In this document: piece after piece, positions 57,823-64,000 of the stretch
Position numbering within the stretch: position 1 is the first letter of the stretch
Layout of the letters: each line of letters starts with the position of its first letter
Origin: Alphaproteobacteria bacterium
Lineage (GTDB): Bacteria > Pseudomonadota > Alphaproteobacteria > Sphingomonadales > SMXR01
DNA: 64,000 bases
Direction of reading: 5' to 3'
Assembly: GCA_030634465.1 (NCBI GenBank)
Contig: DAOWAS010000001.1
Coordinates: 3,780-67,779, forward strand
Notes under the pieces: model-generated
Told to the model about the DNA's origin: nothing
Seen by the model: the letters and a program-made list of their open reading frames with translations, nothing else
The model's database searches: none
Position numbers and translations under genes: made by a program

Positions 57823-60165
57823 ATGAACCAAGACCCATTTTCTATGGATAACTATACTCCACCAAGGGAGGCGCCAAAACCAACAGTTGGCGTTAGTGCT
57901 GGTGCGGATGCCCCATATTTGACTGGTCTTAACCCTGAACAAAAACAAGCGGTTGAAAGTTTAGATGGCCCGCTTTTGGTACTAGCTGGTGCTGGCACGG
58001 GCAAAACCCGAGTTTTGACCACACGGTTAACCCACTTGCTAACCACAGGCAAGGCCGCCCCTGGCGAGGTGTTAGCGCTGACATTTACCAACAAAGCCGC
58101 ACAAGAAATGCAGGAACGAGTTTCGCGCATGATAGGCCGCCCCACAGGACATATGGCGGTTGGTACCTTCCATTCCATTGCCGCGCGGTTGTTACGCCCC
58201 CATGCCACGCTTGTTGGGCTGTCAGCTGATTTCACAATTTTAGATAGCGACGATCAAATTCGCCTGTTGAAACATATTTTAAAAGAACAAAACATTGATA
58301 ACAAAGAACACCCAGCCAAAAACATGGCGGGGTTGATAGATATGTGGAAAAACAAAGCCCTGACCCCTGATAAAGTTTCAAAAGATGATGCTTTTCATTT
58401 TGCTGATGGTAAGGGCAAGAAAATTTACGATATTTACCAACGGCGCTTGTTAACCCTGAACGCCTGCGACTTTGGTGACTTGCTGTTGCACATGTTAACC
58501 CTGCTTCAGAAAAACCCTGATGTTTTAGCTCAGTACCAAAACCGCTTTCGCTACATTATGGTTGATGAGTATCAAGATACCAACACGGTGCAATATTTGT
58601 GGTTACGGCTATTGGCACAAAAACACAAAAACATTTGCTGTGTGGGTGACGATGACCAAAGCATATATGGTTGGCGTGGGGCTGAAGTTGGTAATATTTT
58701 AAAGTTTGAACAAGATTTTCCCGGTGCAAAAACAGTCAGATTAGAGCAGAACTATCGCTCTACCGCTCACATTTTGGGGGCGGCTTCTGGGCTTATTTCC
58801 ACCAACACAGGGCGCTTAGGCAAAACCCTGTGGACTGATATTGATGGTGGCGACAAAGTAAGCGTTATGGGTGTGTGGGATGGCCGTGAAGAAGCCCGCA
58901 TTGTGGGTGAAGAAATAGAAGCCCAACAACGAAAAAAGGTTCCTTTAAGCGAAATGGCTGTTTTAGTGCGTGCGGGTTCGCAAATGCGTGCTTTTGAAGA
59001 CAATTTTCTTAGCCTTGGCCTGCCTTACCGCGTTATTGGCGGACCGAGGTTTTACGAACGGCAAGAAATTCGCGATGCTTTGGCTTATTTAAAAATTATT
59101 GCCCAGCCTAAGTTCGACCCTGCTTTCGAGCGCATTATAAATGTGCCAAAGCGTGGTTTTGGCGCCACCAGCCTGCAAAAATTGCACATTATTGCCCGTG
59201 ACAAAAACATACCGCTTTACACTGCGGCTGAGGAGGTTATTGAACACAGCCTTATGCCAAGCAAACCATGCGCCACCCTTAACAGCCTGTTGGCAATGTT
59301 TGAAAAGTGGCGCGAGCAAGCCCAAACCTTAAAACTTGATCAGTTGATGGATGAGATACTGGAGACATCAGGCCTGATAGAAATGTGGAAGGCCGACAAA
59401 GACATAAAAGCCGAAGGCCGTATTGAAAACCTGCAAGAGCTGGTTCGTGCCATGGGCGAATATGAAACGCTGGATGAGTTTTTAGAACATATCAGTCTGG
59501 TTATGGAAAACTCGCAAGGTGCGGGCGCTGATAGCGTTTCTATAATGACCTTGCATGGGTCAAAAGGGCTTGAGTTTGATCTGGTTTTTCTGCCCGGTTG
59601 GGAAGAAACCATGTTTCCATCGCATAAATCTATCGATGAAAAAGGCTTATCTGGGTTGGAAGAAGAACGCCGTCTGGCATATGTTGGCCTGACCCGAGCA
59701 AAGAAAAAAGCACATGTGTTATACGCAGGGTCGCGCTTGGTGTTTGGGCAGTGGCTAACCTTGTTGCCATCACGCTTTATTAATGAACTGCCAGATGAAC
59801 ACTGTGAACGCACCAGTGCATTAACTACGCAAACATATGAGCAGCAAGGCATTGGCGAGGCAGGAGCAGATACAGGGTACGCTGAGAAAACCACATCAAA
59901 ACCGTGGGCCAGTTATTATAACCCAAGTTGGAAAAAGTCACACACCGAAACCCGACAAACAAGAATTGCCAAAGGCAAACCCAGACAAGCAAGAAAAAAA
60001 CCATCCAAGCAAACTGCAACAAGTAGCTATGCTATTGGCGAGCGGGTTTTCCATGAAAAGTTTGGGTACGGCATTGTTGAAGATATTGAGGGTGATGTTT
60101 TGGAAATTAAGTTTGATAACTCAGACAATAAAAAGATTGTCGATGATTATGTGTCGCGCCCATGA
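57823..60165 (+). CDS. uvrD: ATP-dependent DNA helicase, UvrD/Rep/PcrA family
   Basis: 780-aa SF1 helicase with motifs AGAGTGKT, VDEYQDTN and TLHGSKGLEF, plus a C-terminal Tudor-like segment. Confidence 0.9.
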   Translation: MNQDPFSMDNYTPPREAPKPTVGVSAGADAPYLTGLNPEQKQAVESLDGPLLVLAGAGTGKTRVLTTRLTHLLTTGKAAPGEVLALTFTNKAAQEMQERVSRMIGRPTGHMAVGTFHSIAARLLRPHATLVGLSADFTILDSDDQIRLLKHILKEQNIDNKEHPAKNMAGLIDMWKNKALTPDKVSKDDAFHFADGKGKKIYDIYQRRLLTLNACDFGDLLLHMLTLLQKNPDVLAQYQNRFRYIMVDEYQDTNTVQYLWLRLLAQKHKNICCVGDDDQSIYGWRGAEVGNILKFEQDFPGAKTVRLEQNYRSTAHILGAASGLISTNTGRLGKTLWTDIDGGDKVSVMGVWDGREEARIVGEEIEAQQRKKVPLSEMAVLVRAGSQMRAFEDNFLSLGLPYRVIGGPRFYERQEIRDALAYLKIIAQPKFDPAFERIINVPKRGFGATSLQKLHIIARDKNIPLYTAAEEVIEHSLMPSKPCATLNSLLAMFEKWREQAQTLKLDQLMDEILETSGLIEMWKADKDIKAEGRIENLQELVRAMGEYETLDEFLEHISLVMENSQGAGADSVSIMTLHGSKGLEFDLVFLPGWEETMFPSHKSIDEKGLSGLEEERRLAYVGLTRAKKKAHVLYAGSRLVFGQWLTLLPSRFINELPDEHCERTSALTTQTYEQQGIGEAGADTGYAEKTTSKPWASYYNPSWKKSHTETRQTRIAKGKPRQARKKPSKQTATSSYAIGERVFHEKFGYGIVEDIEGDVLEIKFDNSDNKKIVDDYVSRP

Positions 60166-61103
60166 GTAATGAGAAAAAAATGAGTAATACATCAAACATA
60201 AAAACTTGGCATGCCAAGTTTAGCATTGATGAGGGTTTAATCACCCCCTTGCAAGATTTTATAAACTGGCCTTATGCACTGAATAGCGAGCCAACAATTT
60301 CGTGTTTTGAAATTGAGGGAACAAAAAACTGGCTAGTTGAAATTTTCACCGATTTTAACCCAACCTCAGAACAAATAGATATTATTCATGACCACCTGTG
60401 CCAGTTAACAGGCAGCAGTTTGCCTGATATCGCATTTTCCCCATTAGAAGAAAAAAACTGGGTGGCGGAAAGTCAAAAACAACAAGTGCCAATTAAAGCA
60501 GGTAGGTTTTTGTGCTATGCAAGCCACCATGACATAAGCCAAACAATGAATGAAAACACCATTCCATTATTGATGGATGCGGGGCAGGCATTTGGCACTG
60601 GCGAGCATGAAACCACCTTTGGCTGTTTGAAGGCAATTGACCAGTTAGCCGATGAAATATCGCCAAAAAATATATTAGATATGGGCACGGGAACAGGCCT
60701 ACTTGCCATGGCGGCATATAAAATTTGGCCTGTGGCAACCTTAGCCACCGATAACGACCCCATTGCCATAGATGTGTGCCGTGAAAACTTGGCAAAGAAT
60801 AACGTTAAAGAATGTAACACTGGTCAGGAAAATGGCATTGCGCTGTTGCTCAGCGAAGGGTTTGAAAACCCTTATTTTCACACATCTGCCAAGTTTGACC
60901 TGATTATAGCAAACATTTTAGCAAACCCGCTTATGGCACTAGCACCTGAAATGAAGGCAAATTTAGCAAATAATGGTATAATAATTCTTTCCGGCATCTT
61001 AACAACACAAGCAGAGGTTGTAAGAAAAGCTTATGAAAAACAATCGCTTACACTCAAATTTCAAATTGACGATAATAATTGGAGCATTTTAATCTTTTAT
61101 TAG
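60162..61103 (+). CDS. prmA: Ribosomal protein L11 methyltransferase
   Basis: SAM-binding LDMGTGTGLLAMAA and the PrmA-type FGTGEHETT motif. The ATG overlaps the uvrD stop (ATGA); an alternative ATG lies at 60180. Confidence 0.88.
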   Translation: MSNEKKMSNTSNIKTWHAKFSIDEGLITPLQDFINWPYALNSEPTISCFEIEGTKNWLVEIFTDFNPTSEQIDIIHDHLCQLTGSSLPDIAFSPLEEKNWVAESQKQQVPIKAGRFLCYASHHDISQTMNENTIPLLMDAGQAFGTGEHETTFGCLKAIDQLADEISPKNILDMGTGTGLLAMAAYKIWPVATLATDNDPIAIDVCRENLAKNNVKECNTGQENGIALLLSEGFENPYFHTSAKFDLIIANILANPLMALAPEMKANLANNGIIILSGILTTQAEVVRKAYEKQSLTLKFQIDDNNWSILIFY

Positions 61104-61116
61104 TAGATATATTCTA

Positions 61117-61680
61117 GTGAACAGCCCTACTATTAAGTTCTGCTATGGGTGTTCTAAGAAGATGAATGATAAAGTAAAAGATTTAGCGATAAAGAAAACT
61201 TCCCTTTCTAAAGGGTGGAACTTTTATTTATTGCCTATTGATGTACCGGCAGAAACATTTGATGTTTATGAGCCTATGATTAAACTTTGGCGCTCAAAAT
61301 TTACTCAAAATGGAATAAAGCTACCATCGTGGAAATCTTTCAGCTTTTCTGAGTTTAAAGGCTGGCATCACCATATTTGCCTTTCGCAAATGGATGAAAA
61401 AGAGCAAGTACCACGGTGGCGAATAATGTCTACAGGCTTAGTTAAAATTGTTCATGATGACTTTACTGGTGACACCATAGACAAGGCTGTGCCTCCAGCA
61501 ACTAAAGAAGACATTAAAGAAAAAATTAAAGCTATGATAGAAGGCCCGCTTATTGGCATGACCACAGGTACGTTAAAAACCTTAGCCAACAAAGATATGC
61601 AATTCACATCATTAGAACTGCCCATTTCAAGTGATGGCGAAAAGGTAGATCAGTTTATTCACATTATATCTTTAGATTAA
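61117..61680 (+). CDS. Hypothetical protein, possibly PAS_5/DUF1457-like
   Basis: 187 aa and AT-rich. The W(R)SK...PSW..F....F.GW...I pattern loosely recalls alphaproteobacterial PAS_5 proteins. The start is uncertain (GTG 61117 or ATG 61162). Confidence 0.35.
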   Translation: MNSPTIKFCYGCSKKMNDKVKDLAIKKTSLSKGWNFYLLPIDVPAETFDVYEPMIKLWRSKFTQNGIKLPSWKSFSFSEFKGWHHHICLSQMDEKEQVPRWRIMSTGLVKIVHDDFTGDTIDKAVPPATKEDIKEKIKAMIEGPLIGMTTGTLKTLANKDMQFTSLELPISSDGEKVDQFIHIISLD

Positions 61681-61693
61681 ACCCAAAGACACG

Positions 61694-64000
<2,307 letters not shown>

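Overview
This is a gene-dense, mostly core-genome segment of an alphaproteobacterial chromosome. The diagnostic features are a divK-pleD operon, a circularly permuted two-piece tmRNA with an ANDN... tag, an alpha-type sspB, and hflK-hflC-DUF2065-degP synteny.

About 60 protein genes lie on both strands:
- topA (5' end cut by the window edge), rnr, rpmG, pleD/divK, an orphan GGDEF gene, clpS-clpA and panC.
- A partial phenylacetyl-CoA catabolic set (paaJ, paaG, paaI, paaZ, TetR regulator), directly beside an AspC/TyrB-type aminotransferase, a fused indolepyruvate:ferredoxin oxidoreductase and an Lrp regulator.
- An orphan CheY/CheC pair, an alanine:sodium symporter, a nitrilase-superfamily gene and putA.
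- The complete mreB-mreC-mreD-mrdA-rodA cluster, then ilvC, miaA, serB, degP, hflKC, mrp/apbC and thyA-folA.
- ssrA, sspB, fumC, a 1223-aa AsmA-family protein, uvrD, prmA, ligA and the 3' end of recN.

I saw no rRNA, tRNA, CRISPR array, transposase, integrase or recognisable defence genes.

Four items are absent from the ORF track but supported by reading the DNA:
- rpmG (55 aa).
- The two-piece tmRNA.
- A ribbon-helix-helix ORF with no canonical start codon.
- A 264-bp long-inverted-repeat element upstream of the orphan diguanylate cyclase gene.

I do not see a clear-cut new multi-gene system. The best candidates for follow-up are the inverted-repeat element, the stand-alone CheY-CheC module, the aminotransferase/IOR/paa arrangement, and an AT-rich XRE plus membrane-protein module with tandem operators.

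All calls come from reading the sequence and remembered family motifs. No searches or folding programs were run. RNA and regulatory-site boundaries are approximate.
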